A stretch of DNA of 64,000 nucleotides. Source: Terriglobia bacterium. GTDB lineage: Bacteria > Acidobacteriota > Terriglobia > 2-12-FULL-54-10. The stretch spans positions 384,001-448,000 of the forward strand of contig CAXVYR010000003.1 of NCBI GenBank assembly GCA_963666975.2. Direction: 5' to 3'. Made by a program: the position numbers and the translations under genes. Under the pieces are notes generated by a model. It ran no database searches, had not been told where the DNA came from, and saw only the letters and a program-made list of their open reading frames with translations. Of this stretch, positions 10,204 to 20,009 are shown in pieces (position 1 is the stretch's first letter; each line of letters starts with the position of its first letter).

Positions 10204-10302
10204 CTATTGAACATTTCATAATATAGTGACATTTCCACAGGCTACACTACAGAAGGCCGCCCAGCGAATCTAAGTGTCACTATATTATGTAAACCTCAAT
10301 AG
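10204..10302. repeat. 99-bp AT-rich inverted-repeat element (MITE-like)
   Basis: CTATTGA...CATAATATAGTGACA pairs with TGTCACTATATTATG...TCAATAG. Confidence 0.6.
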
Positions 10303-10380
10303 TTATTCTTTCCGAACGGTAATGAGGGTATGAGGCGTGGAGTTATTCTTTCCGAACGGTAATGAGGGTATGAGGCGTGG
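10301..10380. repeat. Exact 40-bp tandem duplication of the methyltransferase 3' end
   Basis: AGTTATTCTTTCCGAACGGTAATGAGGGTATGAGGCGTGG occurs twice in tandem. Confidence 0.9.
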
Positions 10381-11275
10381 AGAAGACCGCCTCGCTGTTC
10401 TGTGGGTGGGAGGCGCGAACAATTGCCTCCGCCGCATGTTTAACCGACTGTCTGCCGTCTTCGGTCAGCAGATAGGAGGAATAGAAGAAACGAAGAGCGC
10501 GGTCGGCGACTTCATCCGCCTGGCCCGCGAAGTGAACGTCAAAATCTTTTCGTGCGATGGAAATGCCGGATCCAAGGTGTTCCGAGAGCAGGGCAGTCAG
10601 CGCATTCATGGAGTGAAGCCTGCCGTCGGCGAATCCTCCCTTGGGATAGGAAGGCATTTCTTGCCGAACCTTTGCTTCCACCGTGACGGAAAACCGATCG
10701 TAGGCGGCGTTATGTTTTCCGATCCCCTCGATGACGGCTGCGAAGGTTCCGCCGGGGCGGAGAACCCGGCTCACTTCCGAGAGGACTGCCTCCAGCGAGG
10801 GCATCACCATCAAGGCGAGATGAGAAAAAACCGCATCAACCGATGCAGACCGCAAAGGCAAGTGCACAGCGGTGGCACGCGCGAAGTGCGCGTTCCGGGC
10901 GCCGATGGCGGCCTGGGCGCGCTGGAGTTCGTGCAAACTCAGATCCATGGCGATCACTTGGCCTCGCGGGCCAACGCGGCTCGCGGCAATCTTTGTGAGG
11001 GGGCCGCTCCCACAGGCGAGATCCAGTATCCGTTTGTCACGAAGCTGCGGCACAGAGCCCAGCAGGATTTCATAGCTCGATTTTCCCGCCGTTGTCTGCA
11101 GATCGGCAACCAAGTCTTCCGTAAAGGCGGTGTGGATGGCATGGAAGTCGATTATGTGGTTCCGTATATCGGCGTTGGCCGGATTTAACCCATTGCGCAG
11201 TTTGAGGACGAGCCTAGACCTCAGCAGGTGTTTTTCTTCAGACCGGCGAGGAGCTTGTCCTGCGGTTGATTCCAT
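10343..11275 (-). CDS. Class I SAM-dependent methyltransferase
   Basis: ILDLACGSG motif I, LPLRSASVDAV, RVLRPGG; start codon uncertain. Confidence 0.85.
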   Translation of the reverse strand: MESTAGQAPRRSEEKHLLRSRLVLKLRNGLNPANADIRNHIIDFHAIHTAFTEDLVADLQTTAGKSSYEILLGSVPQLRDKRILDLACGSGPLTKIAASRVGPRGQVIAMDLSLHELQRAQAAIGARNAHFARATAVHLPLRSASVDAVFSHLALMVMPSLEAVLSEVSRVLRPGGTFAAVIEGIGKHNAAYDRFSVTVEAKVRQEMPSYPKGGFADGRLHSMNALTALLSEHLGSGISIARKDFDVHFAGQADEVADRALRFFYSSYLLTEDGRQSVKHAAEAIVRASHPQNSEAVFSTPHTLITVRKE

Positions 11276-12544
11276 TAACTATGCCTTATTCCTTATTCTT
11301 TATTCTTTCGGGTCCGGTCATCCTGTACATCCTGGTCCGGACATCTTGGTATAGGCTTCCGCCCCTGCGGAGTCCACACAGCCTCCAATGCAAAAGAGCT
11401 TGTTCCTTCTTCTGCGAGGTGATTCCGCTATCAAGCCATCAAGGAAGGTTCCTGGCGCGTGAGGTGTGAGAAACGCCCGATACTCCCGAGCAGGCTGTTA
11501 GAACATCGATTCAGTCAACAGGGTGCGCTTCAAATTTGCTCGGGAAAGAAGATTCTACGCCAGCCGCTCCATCGGCGCAAGCTCACTTCACCATTGGCAC
11601 GCGATAACAACTGCGCCTGCCGATGCGATTATGGCGAAGCGGACCAAGGTTCTTTCCCATTGCCGACAAGTCTTCTTGTCTGTAAATAATTATAACTTGC
11701 TTTGGCACAGTTGGTTGGTGGTGAGCACAGAACCATTGGCAAGATGGATGCGCCTGAGAAATCGGCACTAGAGTAAGCTGGGTTCGGGTGAGCGAACCAT
11801 CCGGCAAGATGGACTAGAGTCCTAGAAGATTTGAGACCTGCTTGCCATTGACCTAATTTCACATGGGACTCATAGTACCCATTGTGAGGGAGGAAATAGA
11901 TAAGCGCGGGTTTCCGACAACCTCCCCCTGGAAGATGAGATGAAAAAATGAAAGAAGAACGAGTTTCCTACATGATGCTGTTTTGTGCGCTGCTACTGGT
12001 AAAAAATTCCAGAGCAACGCTGGAGCAATCGCTCCAGGTTGTTCCTCTCGCAGGCAGAGCCAAGTCGCTGGCCGGGGAATTGGCGAATCTGATTACTATT
12101 CCGGGCCAGCAGGGCATTGAATGGGCAGGTCCCGTCTCAGATAGAGTTGCTTTCGCCTCCCAGTAGAATTTTGGCGGATAGCGAGAGATAGAGATGAGGA
12201 TCAGACTTCGCCTAGTCATCCAATCAACCTCTCCCCGTACTATGTATCCAACGCTGTATCCTAATTGGAACAAAATATCCCATCCTCACTGCGAAAGCAG
12301 GACTGTCAACCGCTGCCAGAAACCTTGTGCATTGCGCATAGCCCCATAGACCCTTTCCCGGCAAGTATATCCAACTAAAGATTAGCGAAGCTGCGCCGAA
12401 CGAAATGGCCGCTGGTTTGCGATTTCTGTCCGTGTTTTGCGAAAAAGCACACTGGGGCTTATCATCCAGAAGTGATTCAGAAGTGATTGCAAACGTTTTG
12501 GGCGATGTGTTAGATTTCAAATGAGTTGACAAGGAAGCGCCGCT

Positions 12545-13831
12545 ATGCCGGAAATTCCAGATTCGTTGACCCCGAAAGAAAGCGGCCACCAGCCCGACGA
12601 ACCAGTCGTGCGTTGGCGCACAGTAAGTTATCGTGCTCTCGGCATATGGTCCGGGGGAGTGTTGGTTCTGCTGGTTGTGGTTCTGCTGATTGTTTTCCCA
12701 CAGTGGAGGGGCTTGCTAGCCGGCTTGTTTTTTGGCGCCGGCGGGGATGGCCAAACGGCGGGTGAGAACCTTTCTGTTCCGCAGGCCCGCTTCACGAACC
12801 TGGACGGGGGAGTCCGCGTGCGGAAGGCCAATCAAGTACAGTGGACTCCCGCCGAGCTTTCCATGGCACTGGACGCAGGCGACATGATCCAAACAGGTGC
12901 TGGCGGAGTGGCGCGCATTGCCTTCGCCGACGGCACGCTTTACGTGATCAAGCCGGAAACGCTGATTGTGATTGAGGAAAACGTTCTTCTGGGTGACCAG
13001 TCGGCCATGAATGTGACGATACAGGTTACTTCCGGCGTGGTCGATCTCTCGACATCCCGGCTGACGGGTGAATCCCGTATTTTGTTCGCTGATGCAGAGG
13101 CTCGAATTTACCAGGAGAGCAGGGCGCTGGTCACCAGCGATCCGGAGACCAACACGCACCAGATTACCATGACCCGCGGAGGAGCTAATCTACGCCGGGG
13201 CGGGGAGCAGGTGACATTGACGGAATATACTCAGGCTTCTTTCGGTGGGCCTGACAGCCCCATCGTCACGGAAAAAATCCTAGCCCCGCCGATCTTGCTG
13301 ACGCCGACCGATATGGCTCCGGTAGTGACCGCCGGCGCGCAGGCCACGGACGTGGAATTTACATGGACTGAAGTGCCCGAGGTGCGGGCTTACCGGCTGA
13401 GAGTCTCTTCCTCTCCTCTTCTTTCTGACTTGGTATTCAACCGGCAATTCCGGTCCACTTCAGCTCGCGTGCCTGCGCTTAAAGAGGGTGATTACTATTG
13501 GACGGTGGCTTCCATTGACGAGGGGCGGGGAGAAAGCCAGCCGAGCGAGGCCTACCGATTCTCGGTGATCCGGCAGGAAAACGAAGGGGAGATTCTGCTG
13601 ATGGTGGAAAGATATATTCAGCACGGCAAGGTGATTGAAATCATAGGCCGGACAGAGCCGGGCGCAACGGTGTTGGTCAATAATCAGCCTGTTTTTACCG
13701 TAGGTCAGGACGGCTCGTTCCAGCACTTCACCTCTCCGTTGCCCGATACGGGGCCCAACCAGATCACGATTACTGCGCAGAACCGGGAAGGGAAAATAGC
13801 CACACTCCGGAAGACGATTACAATCCAATAA
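12545..13831 (+). CDS. Membrane-anchored FecR-domain protein with FN3/Ig-like C-terminal domains
   Basis: N-terminal TM helix, LDAGDMIQTG...IAFADGT FecR motif, FTW...YRL...GDYYWTV FN3-like region, GRTEPGATVLVN Ig-like region. Confidence 0.8.
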   Translation: MPEIPDSLTPKESGHQPDEPVVRWRTVSYRALGIWSGGVLVLLVVVLLIVFPQWRGLLAGLFFGAGGDGQTAGENLSVPQARFTNLDGGVRVRKANQVQWTPAELSMALDAGDMIQTGAGGVARIAFADGTLYVIKPETLIVIEENVLLGDQSAMNVTIQVTSGVVDLSTSRLTGESRILFADAEARIYQESRALVTSDPETNTHQITMTRGGANLRRGGEQVTLTEYTQASFGGPDSPIVTEKILAPPILLTPTDMAPVVTAGAQATDVEFTWTEVPEVRAYRLRVSSSPLLSDLVFNRQFRSTSARVPALKEGDYYWTVASIDEGRGESQPSEAYRFSVIRQENEGEILLMVERYIQHGKVIEIIGRTEPGATVLVNNQPVFTVGQDGSFQHFTSPLPDTGPNQITITAQNREGKIATLRKTITIQ

Positions 13832-13903
13832 AATACCGCTGCCAGTACTGCGCGAGGAAGGTCCAGCTTATAGAAGCAGGAAAGCATTGGGGCGTCCATT
13901 AAC

Positions 13904-14923
13904 ATGCATTCGTTTTTTAGCCTTTTCTCCAGCGATTTAGCAATTGATCTCGGGACTGCCAACACGCTTGTGTTCGCCCGCGGCAAAGGGATCGTGGTCA
14001 ATGAACCTTCGATCGTCGCCATCAACAAGCTAACCAATGAAGTGCAAGCGGTCGGCAAAGAAGCCAAGGAGATGCTCGGGCGCACGCCGGGCAACATCGT
14101 GGCGATTCGGCCCATGAAGGATGGAGTTATTGCAGACTTCAAGGTGACCGAGAAGATGCTGAACTACTTCATCCATAAGGCGCACAACCGCAAGATGCTG
14201 GTGCGTCCGCGCATTCTGATCGGCGTGCCTTCCGAGATCACCCCGGTGGAAAAGCGCGCCGTGCAGGACTCCGCGTACCGGGCCAAGGCCAGCGAAGTGC
14301 ACTTGGTGGAACAGGCCATGGTGGCGGCCATCGGCGCCGGGCTGCCCATTACCGAGCCCTCCGGGAACATGGTGGTGGATATCGGCGGCGGAACCACCGA
14401 TATTGCGGTCATTTCGCTCTCCGGCATTGTGTACTCGCGTTCGGTGGGCGTGGCGGGCAACGAAATGGACGACGCCATCATGCATTATTTGAAACGGAAA
14501 TATAACCTGTTGATCGGAGAGCGGACGGCGGAGCAGATTAAAATCGAATTGGGCTCGGCGTACGCGCTGGACAAGCCGCTCACCATGGAGATCAAGGGCC
14601 GCAATTTGCTTGAAGGCTTGCCCAAAACGATCATCGTGGGGAACGAAGAGATTCAGGAGGCGCTCTCCGAGTGTGTAGCAACCATCATGAATGCCATCCG
14701 GGTGGCCCTGGAATGGACTCCGCCGGAGCTGTCGGCAGACATCAGCGACAGAGGAATCGTTCTGACAGGAGGAGGAGCGCTGCTGAAGAACCTGGATAGA
14801 CGCATTCGGGAAGAGACCGGCCTGCCGGTTTCCATCGCCGATGAACCTTTGCTGTCGGTCGTGCTGGGCACGGGCAAAATGCTGAGTGACTTCAAGCTGC
14901 TCCGCAAGGTGTCACTGGAATAG
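13904..14923 (+). CDS. mreB: Rod shape-determining protein MreB
   Basis: IDLGTANT, RPMKDGVIADF, VDIGGGTTD, LTGGGALL. Confidence 0.98.
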   Translation: MHSFFSLFSSDLAIDLGTANTLVFARGKGIVVNEPSIVAINKLTNEVQAVGKEAKEMLGRTPGNIVAIRPMKDGVIADFKVTEKMLNYFIHKAHNRKMLVRPRILIGVPSEITPVEKRAVQDSAYRAKASEVHLVEQAMVAAIGAGLPITEPSGNMVVDIGGGTTDIAVISLSGIVYSRSVGVAGNEMDDAIMHYLKRKYNLLIGERTAEQIKIELGSAYALDKPLTMEIKGRNLLEGLPKTIIVGNEEIQEALSECVATIMNAIRVALEWTPPELSADISDRGIVLTGGGALLKNLDRRIREETGLPVSIADEPLLSVVLGTGKMLSDFKLLRKVSLE

Positions 14924-15020
14924 GAGCAGCCCGGGGATGGGAAAGACGCCCCAGAGTTCTCCTCGATAGGGCGCTGGGCAGGCTTTCCTTCGCAGTAATT
15001 GTTGTTAGAGGTGCAGGACC

Positions 15021-15905
15021 TTGTTTTCCCGCCATCGCAAACGGATCATCCTGGCTGCGGTTCTTTTTCTCCAACTCTTGCTGGTGGCCTACCAAGCGCG
15101 CCAGGATCAGGACGTTCCGCTGATCCGCCGGTGGACCGTCTTTCTGGTTACTCCGGTTCAAAAGACCTTCAACTTTGTTTTCGATGGCGTCGCCGGATTT
15201 TGGTACGGATACGTGGACCTGCGCAGCGCGCGCAGGGAGAATCAGGAATTGAGCCGCGAGTTGGATCATCTTCGGCTCGAGCATCTCCGGCTCCAGAACG
15301 AGGCCGAGCAGGCCAAACGCTTGCAAGTGCTGCTGGAGTTAAAGGGAGAGACGCCCTCGGAATCAATTGCCGCCCAGGTCATCAGTTTCGGAGCCAGCCA
15401 GAATGCCCACTTGCTGATCATCGACCGGGGGCGCGACGCAGGGCTGCGTCCCGATATGCCGGTGATTGTTCCGGAAGGGATCGTCGGTAAAGTTCTGTAC
15501 GTCTTTCCCTCTGCGGCCCAGGTTTTGCTGCTTTCCGACACCGAGAGCGGTGTTGCCGTGCTGCTGGAGAACTCTCGCGTCCATGGGGTGCTGAAGGGCA
15601 GAAATCCAGAGCTTGGCGTGCTGCAGTATGTCTCCAATGATGAGAAAGTTTCGGTTGGGGATAGATTGTTCACCTCCGGCGAGGATCGTGTCTACCCGAA
15701 AGGCTTGCCGGTGGGCGTGGTGGTGGAGGCTCGCCGGGGCGAGACCTTCCAGGAAATTATGGTGCGGCCCTTTGCCAAATTGAATCGTCTGGAAGAGGTT
15801 CTGGTGCTGGTCAAGAAAGTGGACGTGGAACCGTCGGCGGCAGCAGATAAGGTTGCGGAATTGCCGGCTGAAGTTCCGGAAAGCAACCGCTTCTTTTCCC
15901 CGTAG
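15021..15905 (+). CDS. mreC: Rod shape-determining protein MreC
   Basis: N-terminal TM helix, coiled coil, IDRG...GIVGKV, TSGEDRVYPKGLPVG; follows mreB. Confidence 0.93.
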   Translation: MFSRHRKRIILAAVLFLQLLLVAYQARQDQDVPLIRRWTVFLVTPVQKTFNFVFDGVAGFWYGYVDLRSARRENQELSRELDHLRLEHLRLQNEAEQAKRLQVLLELKGETPSESIAAQVISFGASQNAHLLIIDRGRDAGLRPDMPVIVPEGIVGKVLYVFPSAAQVLLLSDTESGVAVLLENSRVHGVLKGRNPELGVLQYVSNDEKVSVGDRLFTSGEDRVYPKGLPVGVVVEARRGETFQEIMVRPFAKLNRLEEVLVLVKKVDVEPSAAADKVAELPAEVPESNRFFSP

Positions 15906-16233
15906 CTCTCCCTAATTGTCCTCGCTGCCCGTAGTGCAGACAGCCGGTCTCGAAGCGCACTCGCCGGTGTGAAAGTTTTTCCATCCCGTTCGTTCCTGGC
16001 CAATAATTGCTTTGCCGCCGTAACCTCGTATAATCTCCCTGGAAGACTTCCAATCCGGCAGTGGTAATAACGTGACGGTTTCACCGGGCACCCGTCTTGG
16101 CGCTTGCGAAATCATCAGCGCCTTAGGTGCGGATGGCCTGAGGGTATAAGGTCCGCAACGCAAGACGGGATTGGAGTATTGAGTGAAAGCTGGATTAGAC
16201 CATGGACCAGAAGATTGACCAAAAGGAGGCTGC

Positions 16234-17343
16234 ATGCGTAATCGCAGGGAGTTCGTGAAAGACTTTGCCGGAGCAACGGCTGGAGTATTTTTTGTAGGTT
16301 GCGGCCTGATGGACGCTGCGGCAGCCGCTCTGCAATCCAGCGGTACAACTTCGCGCCGGGAGGTGGCGATAAACGGCCGCAGGGTGAAGACAGTGGATAT
16401 CCACTGTCACTGCCAAGTTCCCGATGTTTGGGACCTCATCAAGGACTACGATCTCGGCCAGTCCCTCCGGCGGCAACTCGACGGCCCCCGGGGGCCGGGG
16501 CTGAACCTTGGCAATGTGCAAAACCGTTTGCAGTGGATGGACGAGCAGGGATTTGATGTTCAGGCCGTCAGCATCAATCCCTTCTGGTACTCAGCAGAGC
16601 GGGATTTGGCCGTTGCGATTATCAAGCTCCAGAATGAAAAAATTGCGGAGTTGTGCGCCTCCCATCCGGATCGCTTCGTCGGGCTGGGAACCGTCGCGTT
16701 GCAGTATCCCTACCTGGCCGCCGAGCAGTTGGAGGATGGGGTCAAGCGTCTGGGGATGCGGGGCTGCCTGGTAGGCGGCAGCGTCAACGGAAAAGAACTG
16801 GCCAGCCCCAGGTTTAACCCATTCTGGGCCAAGGCCGAGGAGTTAGGGTGCGTGGTTTTCATCCATCCTCAAGGATTTCCATTAGGGGATTCGCGGTTCC
16901 AAGGCAATGGGATGCTGACAAATGTAATCGGCAATCCTTTGGAAACTACCGTAGCGCTCTCCCATTTGATCTTCGAGGGGACGCTGGACCGTTATCCGGG
17001 ACTGAAAATCTGCGCGGCCCATGGCGGCGGCTACCTTCCGTCCTACATGGCCCGTTCGGATTATTGTGTGAACCTGTCTCCGGACCGCTGCAGGCCCGTC
17101 AACAAGCGTCCCAGTGAATATCTCCGGCAGCTCTATTTCGATTCGATGGTCTTTACCGATGAGGGCCTGCGGCATTTGATCGCGGAAGCCGGCGCCAGCC
17201 AGATCATTCTCGGCACGGATTACCCCTATGGCTGGACTGAGGAGGCAGTGGACCACGTCCTGAACCAGCCCGGCCTGAGCGACGCTGAACGGGAAGCGAT
17301 CCTCGGCGGCAACGCAGTCCAGTTGCTGCGAATCAGTTCGTAA
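16234..17343 (+). CDS. Amidohydrolase_2-family protein (ACMSD/decarboxylase-like) with Tat-like N-terminus
   Basis: NRREFVK, DIHCH, FIHP, AHGGGYLP, GTDYPY; AAGGAGG SD. Confidence 0.9.
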   Translation: MRNRREFVKDFAGATAGVFFVGCGLMDAAAAALQSSGTTSRREVAINGRRVKTVDIHCHCQVPDVWDLIKDYDLGQSLRRQLDGPRGPGLNLGNVQNRLQWMDEQGFDVQAVSINPFWYSAERDLAVAIIKLQNEKIAELCASHPDRFVGLGTVALQYPYLAAEQLEDGVKRLGMRGCLVGGSVNGKELASPRFNPFWAKAEELGCVVFIHPQGFPLGDSRFQGNGMLTNVIGNPLETTVALSHLIFEGTLDRYPGLKICAAHGGGYLPSYMARSDYCVNLSPDRCRPVNKRPSEYLRQLYFDSMVFTDEGLRHLIAEAGASQIILGTDYPYGWTEEAVDHVLNQPGLSDAEREAILGGNAVQLLRISS

Positions 17344-17378
17344 GGCCATTAGGTGCTTGTGCATGGGGAAAGTAATCC

Positions 17379-17436
17379 GAGCCGCGACCGCCCTGCGGTC
17401 CAAAGCCCCTACGGGCGGCGGGCCGTGAGGGAGCGG
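17379..17436 (+). repeat. REP unit interrupted by a 35-nt insert
   Basis: GAGCCGCGACC+[GCCCTGCGGTCCAAAGCCCCTACGGGCGGCGGGCC]+GTGAGGGAGCGG; same variant on the minus strand at ~24465-24527. Confidence 0.75.
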
Positions 17437-17473
17437 TCCTTCTGACTTCTTTTTTTGTGCCGAAGGGAACTAA

Positions 17474-17992
17474 ATGGCCTTGCTCTACACACAGTCGCGT
17501 GAGGTGGAAGTTTATCGCCTGAAACTTCCGGCAATTATCCTGGTCCCCTTTTTTGCCCTGATTCTGCAAACGTTCCTCCCCTTGTATCTAAATTTTGTGG
17601 TCCTCCTGGACCTGCCCCTGCTGGTGATTCTCTATTTTGCGCTGACGCGCCGGAGCCAAGTCTTTGGATTGCTGGCGGGAGCTTTGATTGGAATGGCGCA
17701 GGACAGTTTGTCGAGGGGACCGATTGGTTTGTTCGGGACCGCCAAGACTGTTGTCGGATATGTAACCTCCTCGGTCAGCACACGCGTGGATACGGAGAGC
17801 CTGGGCGTGCGCTTTCTCACCATCTTTGCCTTCTATTGCCTTCATTTTATTCATGTATTTCTGTTTGAGTCGCTTTTGCTGCAACGGCCCGTGGAGATGG
17901 CTCCGGGCAGCGCCCTGATGAGGGCGCTTGTCAATGCCATTGTCGGCGTGTTACTCTTTAGATTGCTGGACCGGTTCCGTGAGTCAGCATAA
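17474..17992 (+). CDS. mreD: Rod shape-determining protein MreD
   Basis: Hydrophobic, DLPLLVILYF, GMAQDSLS...PIG; directly precedes PBP2. Confidence 0.9.
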   Translation: MALLYTQSREVEVYRLKLPAIILVPFFALILQTFLPLYLNFVVLLDLPLLVILYFALTRRSQVFGLLAGALIGMAQDSLSRGPIGLFGTAKTVVGYVTSSVSTRVDTESLGVRFLTIFAFYCLHFIHVFLFESLLLQRPVEMAPGSALMRALVNAIVGVLLFRLLDRFRESA

Positions 17993-18054
17993 GAGCGCTG
18001 GCCGGATGGGTCCTTTATTTTCTAAAAGTTGCATGATAGGGAGCATCCGCCCCC

Positions 18055-19926
18055 ATGCGGTTCGCTCACACGGATAATCGTCGCTCGGAGGGTAGACTCA
18101 CTTTTTTGCAGTGGGGCATTGCCGTCGCATTCCTGGTCCTGATCAGCGGTTTCTGGCAGCTTCAAATTTTCAATCCTGCTTATTACTCCCGCCTGGCAGA
18201 ACGGAACCACATCAAAAACCTGCGAATGCCGGCTCCTCGCGGACGCATTTTGGACAGATACAACCGGGTGCTGGTGGACAACTACCCATCTTTCAGCATC
18301 GTGGCGCAATGGGAAGTTGGGCAAAGCTTGCAGGCTCACCTGCCGGCGATAGCCACAGGCTTGGAGCAAAACCCGGAGCAACTGGCCGAACGGGTGAAAA
18401 CCGCGCGGGCGCGGGTTCCTCGTCAGGCTATTGTGGTCCAGGAAAACGCCACCCTCCGGGATATCGCCTTTGTGGAGTCCCACCGCATTGAATATCCCGA
18501 ACTGGATTTGGTCAGTGAACCACGGCGGCTCTATCCCCGCGCGGGATTTGCCGCCCACTTGTTTGGCTACGTCGGCGAAATCTCGGAAAGAGAGCTGGAG
18601 CTTCCCGGAATGGAATTGTTGAAACCCCGTGATCTAATCGGCAAATCCGGGATCGAACGGCAATACAACGGCGTGTTGCAGGGGCAAACTGGAGTGCTCC
18701 GGATGATTGTCAACAGCCGGGGCGGGGAAGTGGACCCTTTGGACGAGGAGTTTGCTACAGCGGGACGCGATTTGCGCCTGACGATTGACTATGACTTACA
18801 GGAAGTTGCCGAGCAAAAGTTCCGCGGGGATAAGGGCGCGCTGGTGGCCCTGGACCCGCGCACGGGCGAGATACTGGCGCTGGTGAGCCGGCCTACCTTT
18901 GATCTCAATTCGTTTGCCAGAGGCATTCCTATGGAGGAGTGGCGAGGATTGATGGCGGACCCGCAGAATCCTCTTTTGAATCGCGCCATTCAGGCGCAGC
19001 TCGCTCCCGGCTCCATCTATAAGATAATGCAGGCCACAGCCGGTTTGGAAGCTGGCGCCGTTGACGAGACCACTACGCACTATTGTTCGGGCGGGGGCAC
19101 CTTTTACGGGCGTTACTTCCGGTGTTGGAAAAAGGGCGGCCACGGTCGTATCGGGATTCACCGGGCCATTGTTCAATCGTGCGACGTGTTTTTCTACAAT
19201 CTGGGAAAAGACCTCGGCATCGACCGCATGCACGAATATTCCACTCGCCTGGGGCTGGGACGAAAGACCGGCATCGATCTGCCAGGCGAACAGCCCGGTC
19301 TCATGCCCTCTTCAGAATGGAAACAAAAGGTCTTCCACGAGAGATGGTACCCGGGCGAGACCATTTCCCTGGCGATCGGGCAGGGCGCGCTGACAACAAC
19401 GCCTCTACAATTGGCCTTCAGCATCGGGGGAATTGCTTCCGGAGGTTATTTCGCCAGGCCGCACCTGATTGCCTGGAAAGATATGGAAGCCCTCGGCCAG
19501 GAAATCCCTTTGCCGACCGAGTTCCGAGTCCCTCTACGCGAACAAACCGTTGCCTTGGTTACCGACGGCTTGTATGGCGTGGTTAATGAAGGGGGGGGCA
19601 CAGGCAGGCGGGGGCGGATTCAAGGCTTGGACGTAGGCGGCAAAACCGGCACGGCGCAGGTGGCCAGCATTAAGGCCTCCGAAGCTGATGACACTCTGAA
19701 AGATAATGCATGGTTTGTGGGATTGGCGCCGCGACGGAATCCGGAGATTGTGGTGGTTGCGCTCTACGAGGGCGGTGAGCACGGTTATCTGGCAGCGCCG
19801 GTTGTGCGTGAGGTGATCAAAGCCTATTTCGACAAAAAAGAGGACTCCGAGTTCCAGTATGCGCAAAAGCCCGGCCCCAGCGAGGACATAGCCGCCGGGC
19901 AGTTTGTTCCCGAGCCGGGAGGTTAA
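18055..19926 (+). CDS. mrdA: Penicillin-binding protein 2
   Basis: APRGRILDR, SIYK (SxxK), SCD (SxD), KTGTAQ. Confidence 0.96.
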   Translation: MRFAHTDNRRSEGRLTFLQWGIAVAFLVLISGFWQLQIFNPAYYSRLAERNHIKNLRMPAPRGRILDRYNRVLVDNYPSFSIVAQWEVGQSLQAHLPAIATGLEQNPEQLAERVKTARARVPRQAIVVQENATLRDIAFVESHRIEYPELDLVSEPRRLYPRAGFAAHLFGYVGEISERELELPGMELLKPRDLIGKSGIERQYNGVLQGQTGVLRMIVNSRGGEVDPLDEEFATAGRDLRLTIDYDLQEVAEQKFRGDKGALVALDPRTGEILALVSRPTFDLNSFARGIPMEEWRGLMADPQNPLLNRAIQAQLAPGSIYKIMQATAGLEAGAVDETTTHYCSGGGTFYGRYFRCWKKGGHGRIGIHRAIVQSCDVFFYNLGKDLGIDRMHEYSTRLGLGRKTGIDLPGEQPGLMPSSEWKQKVFHERWYPGETISLAIGQGALTTTPLQLAFSIGGIASGGYFARPHLIAWKDMEALGQEIPLPTEFRVPLREQTVALVTDGLYGVVNEGGGTGRRGRIQGLDVGGKTGTAQVASIKASEADDTLKDNAWFVGLAPRRNPEIVVVALYEGGEHGYLAAPVVREVIKAYFDKKEDSEFQYAQKPGPSEDIAAGQFVPEPGG

Positions 19927-20009
19927 TCAGGGCGGCGACGCAGTAGCCGGAAGGCGGGTTGCCACGCAGGTAAATCGCGTGGCGCAGTTAAATTGGATCA
20001 TGTGATTTT

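Noticed and set aside
10301-10380. 40-bp direct repeat considered as a CRISPR repeat, att site or target duplication
   Set aside because: No spacer, no cas or integrase gene, and the copies are adjacent; likely an overlap artefact.
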